Positions 18,250-28,076 are shown, numbered from the stretch's first letter. The stretch: DNA of 64,000 nt from Akkermansiaceae bacterium (GCA_051251915.1 JBPOGF010000003.1:192001-256000); one strand, 5' to 3'. Notes: generated by a model from the sequence alone, not told the origin. Program-made: numbers and translations.

Positions 18250-19479
18250 TTAGCTTGAGATGATGCGTTCGAATCTGGTGAATTTGGTGGTTCTTGCGAG
18301 GATTATTCTGGTGGTCATGAGGATGGGTAGTCCGATCAACATGCCGGGGATACCCCAGAGTGCTCCCCAGCATAGGACCCAGAGGAAAACGATGATGGGG
18401 TTAATTTTGAAGTTTCTGCCGAGGATGGCTGGGGTGATGAGATTGCCCTCGATGGCTGTGAGTATGTAATAAGTGACGGGGATTAGCACGATGGAGAATG
18501 TGTTGTCATAGGTGGTGGCGGAGACCATAAATACGATGACGGTTCCGACAATGGCGCCTAGATAGGGGATGAAGTTGAGTGCAGCTGCGATGGTGCCCCA
18601 GAGTATGGGATTCGGCATGCCCAGTCCCCACATGGTTAATCCGATGACAATGCCTAGAGAGATATTGATGAGCGTGATGGTGAACATGTAGTGTGCGACT
18701 TCGTTAGTGACTTCTTCAAGTAGAGCGGCGGTGTTATCGACTTCGGTGATGCGTCTTAGCATCTTTTCTCCATACGCTAGTAGGAAATAGACGAGGGTGA
18801 GAGTGATGACGAGGTGGTATCCTAAAGATTTCAATGAGTCGAAGAGTTCGTCGATGGGGTCTTGTGCTAAGGAGACTTTCACGGCCTTGGGTGGAGCGGG
18901 CGATTTACTTTCTAGTGACTCTTTTTGCTTGTTACCCAACGGAGTGGAAGGAAGTTGATTGTCTTCTAGTTGTCTAGATTTGACTGGTGAATCAGTATTT
19001 TCACTAGGAAGTAATTCATCATCATTTTCAACTGGGTTAGTCAGGTTGTCTACGCTTACAGCCACATCGGAGATGTCATTTTGGATTTTAGCGATGGGAT
19101 AGATGATTCCTTTGAGGCGTTCTTTTACTGCTCCATCTTGGAGATTATCTGCGTAGTTCATGGCAGGTGCGAGTAGGTAGTAGACGCCTAATGTAACAAT
19201 TCCCAGGGAGGAAATTACGATCATGATTGATCCCAATGATGCAGGGATTTTCAGCATGCATAGAAAACGGTGAACCGGCTTTAGCACTAAGGAAAGTAAG
19301 AGTGCTAAAATGACTGGTAGGAGAACGGGGCGGATGAAATAGAGTGTGTATGAGACCGCTAGAACAAGTAGAGCTATCTGAGTGAAGTTGAGAGTAGAGA
19401 ACTGAGTACGCACCCAGCTAGGGCGGGTGGTTGATGACTCGGAGTTTTTCTCATCAGGAGCTGTTTTATCTGTAGGCAT
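18250..19479 (-). CDS. AI-2E family transporter
   Basis: Multiple TM segments; LNFIPYLG, EGNLITP.ILG, WG..G..IG.P. Confidence 0.88.
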   Translation of the reverse strand: MPTDKTAPDEKNSESSTTRPSWVRTQFSTLNFTQIALLVLAVSYTLYFIRPVLLPVILALLLSLVLKPVHRFLCMLKIPASLGSIMIVISSLGIVTLGVYYLLAPAMNYADNLQDGAVKERLKGIIYPIAKIQNDISDVAVSVDNLTNPVENDDELLPSENTDSPVKSRQLEDNQLPSTPLGNKQKESLESKSPAPPKAVKVSLAQDPIDELFDSLKSLGYHLVITLTLVYFLLAYGEKMLRRITEVDNTAALLEEVTNEVAHYMFTITLINISLGIVIGLTMWGLGMPNPILWGTIAAALNFIPYLGAIVGTVIVFMVSATTYDNTFSIVLIPVTYYILTAIEGNLITPAILGRNFKINPIIVFLWVLCWGALWGIPGMLIGLPILMTTRIILARTTKFTRFERIISS

Positions 19480-19673
19480 AGGAATGAAGGTTGCAATACT
19501 GGCAACATTGCTAGCGATAGAGATAATAGAGGAGTATTGGTTAAATACAATTTCTTTTATCACAGTCTTAACGACGGTTTATTGAGAGTTAAATTTAGTC
19601 GTTAAGGCAGGGTGTAACGATCAAGATAGATACGAGGGAGAGTGAGTGTGACGTTCTGTTCTTCAATGCACTG

Positions 19674-20543
19674 CTATTCTTGTGATTCATTAGTCATTGT
19701 TTGTAGAGGTTCTTTAAATGTGAGTGTGCGATATGGGAAAGGGATTTCTATGTCTGCTTCATCTAGGGCTTTTTTAACTGTAGCGATCATTTCTGCTGTT
19801 GCTTCGCGAAAGGGCATCGGCTGGGAATTTGTCCAGGCGAATATTTTGAAATCAATACTGCTAGCACCGAAGCCTACGGGTAAGATTTTAGTGCCTCTAT
19901 CTTGATTAATTTTTTGAAGTGAAGCAACGGCTTCTGTAATGACTTTCGTAGCATGTTCAAGATCGGTGTCGTAAGATACTCCTACATCGAGCTCGATTCT
20001 TCTTTCTGAGATGTGGGTGAAGACTTCAACTGGCTGAGTGACTAAAAGTGAATTTGGCAGGATGATAAGCTCACCAGAGGTATCTTGAATCAGGGTATGA
20101 CGAAGCTCGATTTTCTTAACGCGGCCCGTTACGTCACCACAGGAAATCAGATCATCTTCTTCGAAGGGGAATTTCCAAAGTAGCATGACACCAGCGAAAA
20201 AGTTCTGGAAAATATCTTTAAAGGCTAATCCTACAGCGACTGAGACGAGACCTGCTGCTGAGAGAGCTTTGGCAGGGGTGAGACCAGGAAATACGATCAT
20301 GGCTGCGGAAATAAAACCGAAAATCCAGATGCTGGTTTTGATTAATCTCACTACGAGTTGGACTAGTGATGGACGCATCTTCGTCTTACCGAGTGTTCTT
20401 TTAGCCAAGCGGGTCACAGCGGTGGCGACTAGCCAAGTGAAGACAATGATCGCGAGAGCGCCTGCTAGGAAGGGGAGATGCTCTAGGAATGATTTCCAGA
20501 TGTCCGAGAGAGAATCGGTGATGATTTTTTGTGCATTTGCCAT
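19674..20543 (-). CDS. Small-conductance mechanosensitive channel (MscS family)
   Basis: GLAFKDIFQNFFAG, G.V..I.LR.T, PNS, GVSYDTD, IEIPFP. Confidence 0.92.
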   Translation of the reverse strand: MANAQKIITDSLSDIWKSFLEHLPFLAGALAIIVFTWLVATAVTRLAKRTLGKTKMRPSLVQLVVRLIKTSIWIFGFISAAMIVFPGLTPAKALSAAGLVSVAVGLAFKDIFQNFFAGVMLLWKFPFEEDDLISCGDVTGRVKKIELRHTLIQDTSGELIILPNSLLVTQPVEVFTHISERRIELDVGVSYDTDLEHATKVITEAVASLQKINQDRGTKILPVGFGASSIDFKIFAWTNSQPMPFREATAEMIATVKKALDEADIEIPFPYRTLTFKEPLQTMTNESQE

Positions 20544-20742
20544 TAATCATAGTAGAGCCAGATTGGGGAAATTTCAATTATCGTTTTAGAAATGCATTAG
20601 CTTGGGCTTTAAAATAGTTGGGTCTTTTAGTTGAGATATAGAGTCAGGGCTAACTTTTATCCACACATTTGTTAATAACTTGCTTTCAGGTGTTGTGACT
20701 TAATATTGCTGGGAAACTTTAATTATCACCAACTATATAAAT

Positions 20743-21531
20743 ATGAAATACGCGATACTACTAACAACACTTACGGTCAGCCTAGCCAATGGCATGACGA
20801 CACTCATTGATGTTAATTTCCCGGGAGGGACTGGCATTAATCCGACATTTACAGAAATTAACAATGGAGCGGGGACTAATTCCTGGACACAGGCAACTGG
20901 TGTTCTAGCTACTAGTGGTAGTGAGGTGTCTGCAGTGGGGGCGGTGTCTTCTACTTCAGTGGATTTTACAGGACTGGGAACAGATTCATTGGTTCTTAAC
21001 TTTGTAGTTTCAAGCGCATCTTATAGTACTTTGGTTTCAAATGGTATGTTTCTGGGGTTTCAGGATAGCAATGGATCAGGTGGCACAGCTCTTTGGAATA
21101 ATCATAGTCCTTCATTTGGACTGTTGCTTCCTGGAGGGGCGGGTGGTCTGGATTTATTAGCGGTTGGTCCTGGAGGTAATGCTGGGGGTGGTCGTTATCA
21201 GGATACTAGTTATGGTGTTGCTACGGTGGCTTCTCTGCAGGATGGTTTTGATGTGACTCTTACTGTGAATAGTCTTGGCTGGGAGTTACTTATTGGCGGT
21301 ATGCTGGATGCTGATAATAATGCTATTACTGGTGGATCTGGTTTATGGGCGACTTCGACTCAAGACTTTGCTGGTTTCACAGATAGTATGTTTGTAGCGA
21401 CTGCGATTCAGACACCTGATGAGACTTCGGGGATGACTCTAGAGAGTGTTACTTTGACTCAGGTGCCTGAGCCATCAAGTGCTCTACTACTGGGTCTTGG
21501 TTCTCTAGGGCTGTTACGCCGTAGAAGGTAG
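20743..21531 (+). CDS. PEP-CTERM sorting domain protein (copy 1)
   Basis: Signal peptide; C-terminal VPEPSSALLLGLGSLGLLRRRR. Confidence 0.93.
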   Translation: MKYAILLTTLTVSLANGMTTLIDVNFPGGTGINPTFTEINNGAGTNSWTQATGVLATSGSEVSAVGAVSSTSVDFTGLGTDSLVLNFVVSSASYSTLVSNGMFLGFQDSNGSGGTALWNNHSPSFGLLLPGGAGGLDLLAVGPGGNAGGGRYQDTSYGVATVASLQDGFDVTLTVNSLGWELLIGGMLDADNNAITGGSGLWATSTQDFAGFTDSMFVATAIQTPDETSGMTLESVTLTQVPEPSSALLLGLGSLGLLRRRR

Positions 21532-21566
21532 TTGATCGGTTTATATTTTAACTTTTGTTTTAATAG

Positions 21567-21603
21567 AAATGGCGAATGCTCGGTTGAGCATTCGCCATTT
21601 TTT
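21567..21603. terminator. Rho-independent terminator
   Basis: Perfect 15-bp stem AAATGGCGAATGCTC/GAGCATTCGCCATTT followed by Ts. Confidence 0.85.
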
Positions 21604-21624
21604 GTTGAGTTGTTGTATGAGTTT

Positions 21625-21828
21625 TTAGTTCTTGGTTGTTTTTAGTTCTGGGTCGTTGATCCAGTCTGGGGAGTCTTGTTGAATGTCTGCCCAGAGTGCG
21701 ATGAGTTTGTTTTTCATGCGCTCGGTTTCTTCTGGGAAGTGGTCGTTGTGTGGGTTGCTCTGGTTGGTGTCTTTACTTAGGTCGAAGAGGGCGAAGCGTT
21801 GGAGCTTGGCGGATTTTGCCCCATTCTG
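21625..21828 (-). pseudogene. Orphan 3' fragment of the sulfatase at 22789..24303
   Basis: Encodes KSAKLQRFALFDLSKDTNQSNPHNDHFPEETERMKNKLIALWADIQQDSPDWINDPELKTTKN*; 10 differences in 180 nt versus 22795-22974; no start codon upstream of the fragment. Confidence 0.9.
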
Positions 21829-21935
21829 GAACCGTATGTTGTTCTTTCTGAGCTAATTTAAATCATTAAGAGCTTGCTTTCAGGTGGTGTAACTCACTAG
21901 TCTTGAGTTTCTTTAATTGTAACCAACTATATAAA

Positions 21936-22733
21936 ATGAAATACGCGATACTACTGACAACACTTTCGGCCAGCCTAGTTAATGGGATGACGACACTTAT
22001 TGATGTTAACTTCCCGGGAGGGACTGGCATTAATCCGACCTTTACGGAAATTGATAATGAAGTCGGAGATAACTCTTGGACACAGGCGACAGGTGTTCTT
22101 GCTACTAGCACTGACAATAACTCTGCTGTGGGGGCGGTTTCTGCTAGCACAGTAGATTTTACTAGTCTGGGAACTGATTCACTTGTTCTTCAAATTAGTA
22201 TCTCTGGAGCGACATATACTAACCTCTCAGCGAATGGGATGTTTTTGGGTTTCCAAGATCTCAACGATTCCGATGGTAGTATCGGGCTCTTTAATAACTC
22301 CGCTCAACAGGCAGTTGGAGTGTATCTTCCTGGTGGGTCAGGTGGTTTGACGCAACGAGCGGTTGGTCTAGGAGGTAATCATGGGTCTGGTCGTTATCTA
22401 GCAACTAACTTTGGTGTCGCTACTGTGGCTTCGTTGCTGGATGGTTTTGATATTACGCTTACGATTAATAGCACGGGATGGGAAATGGGCGTTATAGGTA
22501 TGCTTGACGCTGGTGGTTCTGCTATTACTGGTGGTTCTGGTGCTTGGGCAGATTCTGATTTCGACTTCTCAGAATTTACTTCAACTATGCATGTGGCAAC
22601 TTCGATCCAAACACCGAATAATGATGATGGAGGGATGACTCTTTCGAGTATTACTCTGACTCAGGTGCCTGAGCCATCTAGCCTTGGGTTGTTGGGTGTT
22701 GCTTCGCTAGGTTTGCTACGCCGTCGTAGATAG
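21936..22733 (+). CDS. PEP-CTERM sorting domain protein (copy 2, paralog of 20743..21531)
   Basis: Near-identical N-terminus MKYAILLTTL...GMTTLIDVNFPGGTGINPTFTEI; C-terminal VPEPSSLGLLGVASLGLLRRRR. Confidence 0.93.
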   Translation: MKYAILLTTLSASLVNGMTTLIDVNFPGGTGINPTFTEIDNEVGDNSWTQATGVLATSTDNNSAVGAVSASTVDFTSLGTDSLVLQISISGATYTNLSANGMFLGFQDLNDSDGSIGLFNNSAQQAVGVYLPGGSGGLTQRAVGLGGNHGSGRYLATNFGVATVASLLDGFDITLTINSTGWEMGVIGMLDAGGSAITGGSGAWADSDFDFSEFTSTMHVATSIQTPNNDDGGMTLSSITLTQVPEPSSLGLLGVASLGLLRRRR

Positions 22734-22759
22734 TTTTTTCTTTAGCAGAATATCTTTAG

Positions 22760-22791
22760 TAGCTCCTTGGATGGTTTCATCTGGGGAGCTA
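22760..22791. terminator. Hairpin between convergent genes
   Basis: TAGCTCCTTGGATG-GTTT-CATCTGGGGAGCTA with G-U pairs on the + strand. Confidence 0.65.
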
Positions 22792-24303
22792 TTTTGTTTT
22801 TAGCTCTGGTGCGTTGATCCAGTCTGGTGAGTCTTGCTGGATGTCTGCCCAGAGTGCGATGAGTTTGTTTTTCATGCGCTCGGTTTCTTCTGGGAAGTGG
22901 TTGTTGAGTGGGTTGCTCTGGTTGGTGTCTTTGCTAAGGTCGAAGAGGGCGAAGCGTTGGAGCTTGGCGGATTTGACCCATTCTGAGATTCCTTGTTCTT
23001 TTGTCTTGGGGCTGAACCAGCCTATGATGGTGTAGTTTCCATCGCGCATGGACATGCCAGGGAGGGTGGAGGTGTCGTAGTGTGCGGGGAAGATCCAGCA
23101 GCCTGGGATGGTGCGTTTGATGGGCTGGCCTTGGAGGCTGAGTTTGACGTCTGTGCCATCGATGGTGCGGTCAGTGGGGACTTGGATGCCGGTGGCTGCG
23201 CAGATGGTGGGGAGCCAGTCTGTGCCGTTTACGAGTTGGTTAGAGATGGTGCCTGGCTTGATGGTGCCTTTCCAGCGGACGATGCCTGGGACGCGGTGTC
23301 CGCCTTCGTAGACGTAGCGTTTCATTCCTCTCCATGGTCCTGGTGTGCCGAAGCAGTGGTCGCGGATGGGGTCTTCCCATTGGTTGCCTGATTCTTCTAC
23401 GGTGACGGGTGTTTCTGGGCCGTTGTCGCTGGTGAGGATGACGATGGAGTTATCGCTATGGGCATCGACTTCTTTCATGAGGGTGCCGACGGTGTTGTCT
23501 AGCTGGGAGACGGTGCCGTAGTAGTATTTTTTATTTTCGCTGATGTTGCGGGTGAGTGGGCGGTGGACGCCTCCGTATGGCATGGTGGGTTCGAGTATTT
23601 CTACGAAGTCATTATCATACATGTCGGAGTATTTCTTGGGAGGCATGATGGGTGTGTGTGGCTCGTGGTAGGAGACGATGAGGAGGTATGGCTTGGTTTG
23701 GTCTGGGCGGTTTTTGATCCATTGGATGGATTCTTCTACGATGGCTTCACAGTACCATTGGTTGATTTCTCCGATTGGGGTTCCGTTTCTGACGAATTTG
23801 GCTGGGCTTTCTGGTCCGTCGAATGCGTTGACTTCTGTGGCGAACCAGTGGTCGTATCCGTGGTCACCTGGTGTGGGTTGGTTGTTGAATTTGCCGAGGT
23901 GCCATTTGCCTACGAAGCAGGTGTCGTAGCCTTTTTGTTTGAGGAGGGTGGGTAGGGTGATCTCTGAGGCTCTGAGGTGGCTGCCTTCTGGGCCGGCGAT
24001 GTAGAAGAAGCCGGAGCGGTAGGGATTTCTGCCGGTGATGAGGGAGGCGCGTGATGGTGAGCAGACGGTTCCGCCGGAGTGGCAGTCTGTGAGGCGGACT
24101 CCTGACTGGGCGAGGGCGTCGATGTTTGGGGTTTTGATGAAGGGGTGTCCGTAGCAGCCGAGGTCTCCGTAGCCGAGGTCATCTGCTAGGAAGATGACGA
24201 TGTTAGGGAGTGGTTTTTCCTGGGTAGTGGTTTCGGTGGTGTTTGCTTTTAGGCTGGAGAATAAAAGCAGGAAGATTGCGGCTTGCTTGAGAATGGTCTT
24301 CAT
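22789..24303 (-). CDS. Formylglycine-dependent sulfatase (arylsulfatase-like)
   Basis: PNIVIFLADDLG, CSPSRASLITG, GKWHLG, SDNGP, YEGGHRVP; signal peptide. Confidence 0.95.
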   Translation of the reverse strand: MKTILKQAAIFLLLFSSLKANTTETTTQEKPLPNIVIFLADDLGYGDLGCYGHPFIKTPNIDALAQSGVRLTDCHSGGTVCSPSRASLITGRNPYRSGFFYIAGPEGSHLRASEITLPTLLKQKGYDTCFVGKWHLGKFNNQPTPGDHGYDHWFATEVNAFDGPESPAKFVRNGTPIGEINQWYCEAIVEESIQWIKNRPDQTKPYLLIVSYHEPHTPIMPPKKYSDMYDNDFVEILEPTMPYGGVHRPLTRNISENKKYYYGTVSQLDNTVGTLMKEVDAHSDNSIVILTSDNGPETPVTVEESGNQWEDPIRDHCFGTPGPWRGMKRYVYEGGHRVPGIVRWKGTIKPGTISNQLVNGTDWLPTICAATGIQVPTDRTIDGTDVKLSLQGQPIKRTIPGCWIFPAHYDTSTLPGMSMRDGNYTIIGWFSPKTKEQGISEWVKSAKLQRFALFDLSKDTNQSNPLNNHFPEETERMKNKLIALWADIQQDSPDWINAPELKTK

Positions 24304-24325
24304 GGGTGGAGTGATAGATTGTGAG

Positions 24326-25696
24326 TTATTTTTTGTCGACTAGGTTTGTGGTCTCGAATGGGTCAGACTTTAGATTATAGTGTTGTTTGAGGCTTCCTGT
24401 TTTGCCTTTTGTCCATTGGTTGATTTTGTGTTCATCTGTGGTGATGGTGGATTTGAGGTTTTTCCAGTATGAGATGGCTGTGCCGTCTGATTTTGCGGTG
24501 GGGTCTTGGAGGATGTTGGCTAGTGAGTGGCCTTCTAGGTGGGCTGGTTTTTTGATGTTGATGAGGTCGCAGAGTGTGGGGTAGAGGTCGAGGGTTTCTA
24601 CGACTTCATTTGATGGGGTGCCTGGGCTGTTGGTGGATGGTAGCTTGATGAAGAGTGGGGAGTGGAGGGCGACTGCGTAGGGTGAGTGCTTGCCCCAGAT
24701 TTTTTGTTCGCCGAGGTGCCAGCCGTGGTCGCCCCAGAGGATGACGATGGTGTTTTTGTCTACATCGTATTTTGCTAGGAGTTCTAGGATGGTGCCGACG
24801 TGTTCGTCTGATGAGGAGACGCAGGCGGCGTAGTGTCTTCTGACGTTGTCTGCGTGGGTGGCGTCTTCGCGAGGGTCTGCTGCTTGGAGGTACTGGGTCA
24901 TTTCTCCGCTTGGGTGCCAGAAGTCACCTTTGGGTGGGCGTTGGTTAGCGGGGATGGCTGGGAGTGTTACTCCTTGGTAGATGTCTAGGTATTTGATGTT
25001 GCAGGCGAAGGGGAGGTGTGGTCTGAGGAGGCCTACGGCGAGGAGCCAGGGTTTGTCTTGGGTGGTGACTGTTTCTAGCTGGGTTTTGAAGCCGTCCATG
25101 GTGGCGTCATCTGGGTAGCGGGCGTCTTTGGCTTCTATGACGGGGGATTTGCCTTTTTCACGTGCTACTCCATCTGCGTATCCGTGCATGAGGGCTTGGG
25201 CGTGTTTCCATTCTCCGTTTGATTGGAGGCAGATGTCCCAGGCGTTGGGGATTTCTGGTTTGGTTTGGTCTGCCCAGTTTTTTCCTGTTAGGTTGCCTGG
25301 GTAGTGGGAGACTTTTCCGACTGCGGCGGTGTAGTAGCCGTTGTTTCTGAGGTGAGCGGGGAAGGTGGGGCGGGTTTCGTGGTCGTGGGCTGGGATGCAG
25401 CTGTTAGAGAGTTCTCCGGGGCCGTCTGGGTAGAGGCCGGTGAGCATGGCGAAGCGGGATGATCCGCAGGTGGGGGCTTGGACGTAGTGGCGCTTGAAGA
25501 GGCGGCCTTGGGAGAAGAGTTTTTCGATATTGGGTGCGTGGATGTAGTCTTTGCCGAAGGATGGTAGCTCGGGGCGGAGGTCATCTATGCAGATGAGGAG
25601 GATGTTGGGTTTGGTAGAAGTGGAAGAGGTTTCTTGTGCTTGGCTGGTGGCGGTGGCTGCAGAGAGGAAAAGAGCGATGATGGATTTTAGTTTCAT
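24326..25696 (-). CDS. Sulfatase (iduronate-2-sulfatase-like)
   Basis: PNILLICIDDLRP, CGSSRFAMLTG, GKVSH, RPHLPF, WGDHGWHLGE, WGKH. Confidence 0.93.
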   Translation of the reverse strand: MKLKSIIALFLSAATATSQAQETSSTSTKPNILLICIDDLRPELPSFGKDYIHAPNIEKLFSQGRLFKRHYVQAPTCGSSRFAMLTGLYPDGPGELSNSCIPAHDHETRPTFPAHLRNNGYYTAAVGKVSHYPGNLTGKNWADQTKPEIPNAWDICLQSNGEWKHAQALMHGYADGVAREKGKSPVIEAKDARYPDDATMDGFKTQLETVTTQDKPWLLAVGLLRPHLPFACNIKYLDIYQGVTLPAIPANQRPPKGDFWHPSGEMTQYLQAADPREDATHADNVRRHYAACVSSSDEHVGTILELLAKYDVDKNTIVILWGDHGWHLGEQKIWGKHSPYAVALHSPLFIKLPSTNSPGTPSNEVVETLDLYPTLCDLINIKKPAHLEGHSLANILQDPTAKSDGTAISYWKNLKSTITTDEHKINQWTKGKTGSLKQHYNLKSDPFETTNLVDKK

Positions 25697-25726
25697 GTGG
25701 TGGTTTTTAATTTTTGTTAGATTTTG

Positions 25727-27913
25727 TTAGAGTGCTTTACGTTCGGCATTTTTCATATCGCGGTCAAGGCGCTTTTCCATGTTGGTGGCGCGGGTTTCTT
25801 CGCCGACTTGGCGGTACATTTTGGCGATTTGGCGGTGGATGCCGACTTCGGTGGTTTTGCGGAACCAGTTATCGCTGCCGGTGTCGACAACGCGGTTGAA
25901 GGCGAGTTCGATGGTGCGGACTGCGGGCTTGGCTCGGTCTTCATCGTCTTTCATGAGGCTGAAGTAGTATTGGATCATTTCTTTGAATCCGCTGATGGAG
26001 CCGCCATATTCGCGGAGTGCGCTGGAGTAGAGTTGGTGGATTTCTTCTAGTGCTTTGTCTTTATCGTCTTTGCCTCTTTTGAGGATGAGCTGGGCTTCAC
26101 GTTTGAGGCTGGTGGTCATGAGGTCTGCTTGCTCGGCGGCGTTTCTGTTGTCACGGCGGCGGAGTCTGGCTAGGTCGCGTCTGACTTCAGCGAGGTCGCT
26201 GTAAGGGAAGATGTGTTTGTCTTCGATGATGGTGGCGATGGAGCCCATGCGTGGGTTTTCTCTAAATTCGAATTTGAGGTCTTTTACGAAATCTTTCCAG
26301 ACGGCGAGGGTGGCGGGGAGTGCTGGGGTGGCGGTGAGTTCTTCTTGGGATAGCATGACTTGGTAGGTGCGGTTCCAGGTGATGGGGAATTCTTTGCCTA
26401 TGTGGTGTGCGGCTTTGATGGCTTGGTGGCTTTCTGGTTTGTTTGAGTTAGAGGCTAAGAAGTCTGCGAGCCAGAGGTTGCGGTGGACTTTGATGGTGTT
26501 GGTGTGGGAAGCTATTTTGGGTTGGGTCCATAGCCAGACTTCTTGTTCGGTGATGTTTTCGCCGGTTTGTGGGTTTTTGCCTTTGCCTTTTGATACGCCG
26601 GCTATTCTGCCGATTTTGGTTGACCATTCATCTGGTTCGATTTTGACTGCGGCCCATGCGTGTCCGCCGTTGTTGGTGAGTCCTGATAGGCCGAATGCTG
26701 GGATGCCGGCGGCTCTGGCGGAGTTGACGCAGAAGAAGGTCTGGTCACCACAGATGCCACCTTCTTTGATGATTTCTTGGAGGGTGTATTCTGCGTATGG
26801 GTTGAGGCCGCTGACGGCGCGTTCCATGAGGTATTCTACGTCTGAGTATGCTTTGCCGAAGTGTTTTCTGCTGGCGCTGCGGTATTCGCTGAGAGCCCAT
26901 TCTAGTTCATTTTTTGAGACTGGTGCGGCGACGACGAAGGTGAGGTCTTTGGCGGAGGCTTTGTGGATGTCGCCTTCTAGGAGGCCGGCTTCGCTTTTCT
27001 TGCGGTACCAGTGGTAACGGAAGAAGCCGTCGATGTTAGAGGAGTCTGAGGTTTTGTTTTTGTAGGGTTGGTTTTTGTCGAAGACGACGGAGCAGGCGAG
27101 GGCGAGGTTGAAGTATTTTGGGATGAGGGTATCTAGGTCGTTGGCGTCTCCTTGGTTGAATATTTCGTCTTCATCTAGGTAGGTGAAGACTTCGTTTTGC
27201 CAGACTTTGCTGAGGAACTTGAAGGCGGATTTTTTGTTGTCGTTTTTGTGGATGGTGAGGATGACTTGTTCGAGTGCGTGGTCATGGGTGAGGAGCCAAG
27301 TCATCATGTCGGAGCTGCCGGCGAGTGATTTGGTGAGGCTGGTGACATCGTTAGGGAAGATGCCGAGCATTTTCCAGCGGAGGAGGGCTGTGTAGTATTT
27401 GGGTTCGTTCCAGAGGGGGGTGTATCTGTCTTGGTAGCGGCCTAGTTTGGATTGTGATTGTGAGAATGCTTGGGAGAGTGAGCGCTTGAGCATGGCGCGG
27501 TATTGTTTCCATTCTCCGTGGTAGGCGGCGTGTTCGATGAGCTCGGCGTCTTTTTTTAGTTCTGCGGTGGAGCTGGCTTGATTACCTACGAGGATGAGGG
27601 TGGCGGTGGTGAGTGGTGAGATTTCTTTTGGTGTGGGTTTGTTTTTTGGTTTGGCGGGATGGTTTTTTTGGGTTTGTTTGTTGGTTGGCTTATCTTTTGA
27701 TGCGATGTTGTTTGGGGTGGTTTCTTTGGTGGGGAGAATCTGAGGTTGTTTTTGGGTGGCTTGTGGTTGTTTTTTAGGGTCTGGGAGATTTTCTGAAACG
27801 GGTTCTTCCGCTACTGTATTTTGTGGGAATAGAGTGGGGTGGAGTTCATAGCCTGCCCATCCAATGGCGGTGAGGAATAGGAGTTTGAAAATGGCAGATG
27901 ATAGAGATTTCAT
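25727..27913 (-). CDS. Membrane-anchored/exported protein with transglutaminase-like Cys-His core
   Basis: N-terminal hydrophobic segment, P/K/Q/T-rich linker, GGICGDQ...GIPA...GHAW. Confidence 0.7.
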   Translation of the reverse strand: MKSLSSAIFKLLFLTAIGWAGYELHPTLFPQNTVAEEPVSENLPDPKKQPQATQKQPQILPTKETTPNNIASKDKPTNKQTQKNHPAKPKNKPTPKEISPLTTATLILVGNQASSTAELKKDAELIEHAAYHGEWKQYRAMLKRSLSQAFSQSQSKLGRYQDRYTPLWNEPKYYTALLRWKMLGIFPNDVTSLTKSLAGSSDMMTWLLTHDHALEQVILTIHKNDNKKSAFKFLSKVWQNEVFTYLDEDEIFNQGDANDLDTLIPKYFNLALACSVVFDKNQPYKNKTSDSSNIDGFFRYHWYRKKSEAGLLEGDIHKASAKDLTFVVAAPVSKNELEWALSEYRSASRKHFGKAYSDVEYLMERAVSGLNPYAEYTLQEIIKEGGICGDQTFFCVNSARAAGIPAFGLSGLTNNGGHAWAAVKIEPDEWSTKIGRIAGVSKGKGKNPQTGENITEQEVWLWTQPKIASHTNTIKVHRNLWLADFLASNSNKPESHQAIKAAHHIGKEFPITWNRTYQVMLSQEELTATPALPATLAVWKDFVKDLKFEFRENPRMGSIATIIEDKHIFPYSDLAEVRRDLARLRRRDNRNAAEQADLMTTSLKREAQLILKRGKDDKDKALEEIHQLYSSALREYGGSISGFKEMIQYYFSLMKDDEDRAKPAVRTIELAFNRVVDTGSDNWFRKTTEVGIHRQIAKMYRQVGEETRATNMEKRLDRDMKNAERKAL

Positions 27914-28076
27914 GGATTGAAAGTAATGTTGGCGAGGCTGTGATGCAAGTGAAATGAGGGAATACGAGTGATGTGTTGGATGGGATTATTTCATTGTGAG
28001 GCAGGAGTTGGGGTGGTAGGAATGTTGACGTGAGTGAAGGAAGTGAAAATTTAATAGATGATAGAAATACGAATAT

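Noticed and set aside
20743..22733. Diversity-generating retroelement or invertible cassette for the PEP-CTERM pair
   Set aside because: No reverse transcriptase or recombinase in the window; differences are not adenine-specific and include indels
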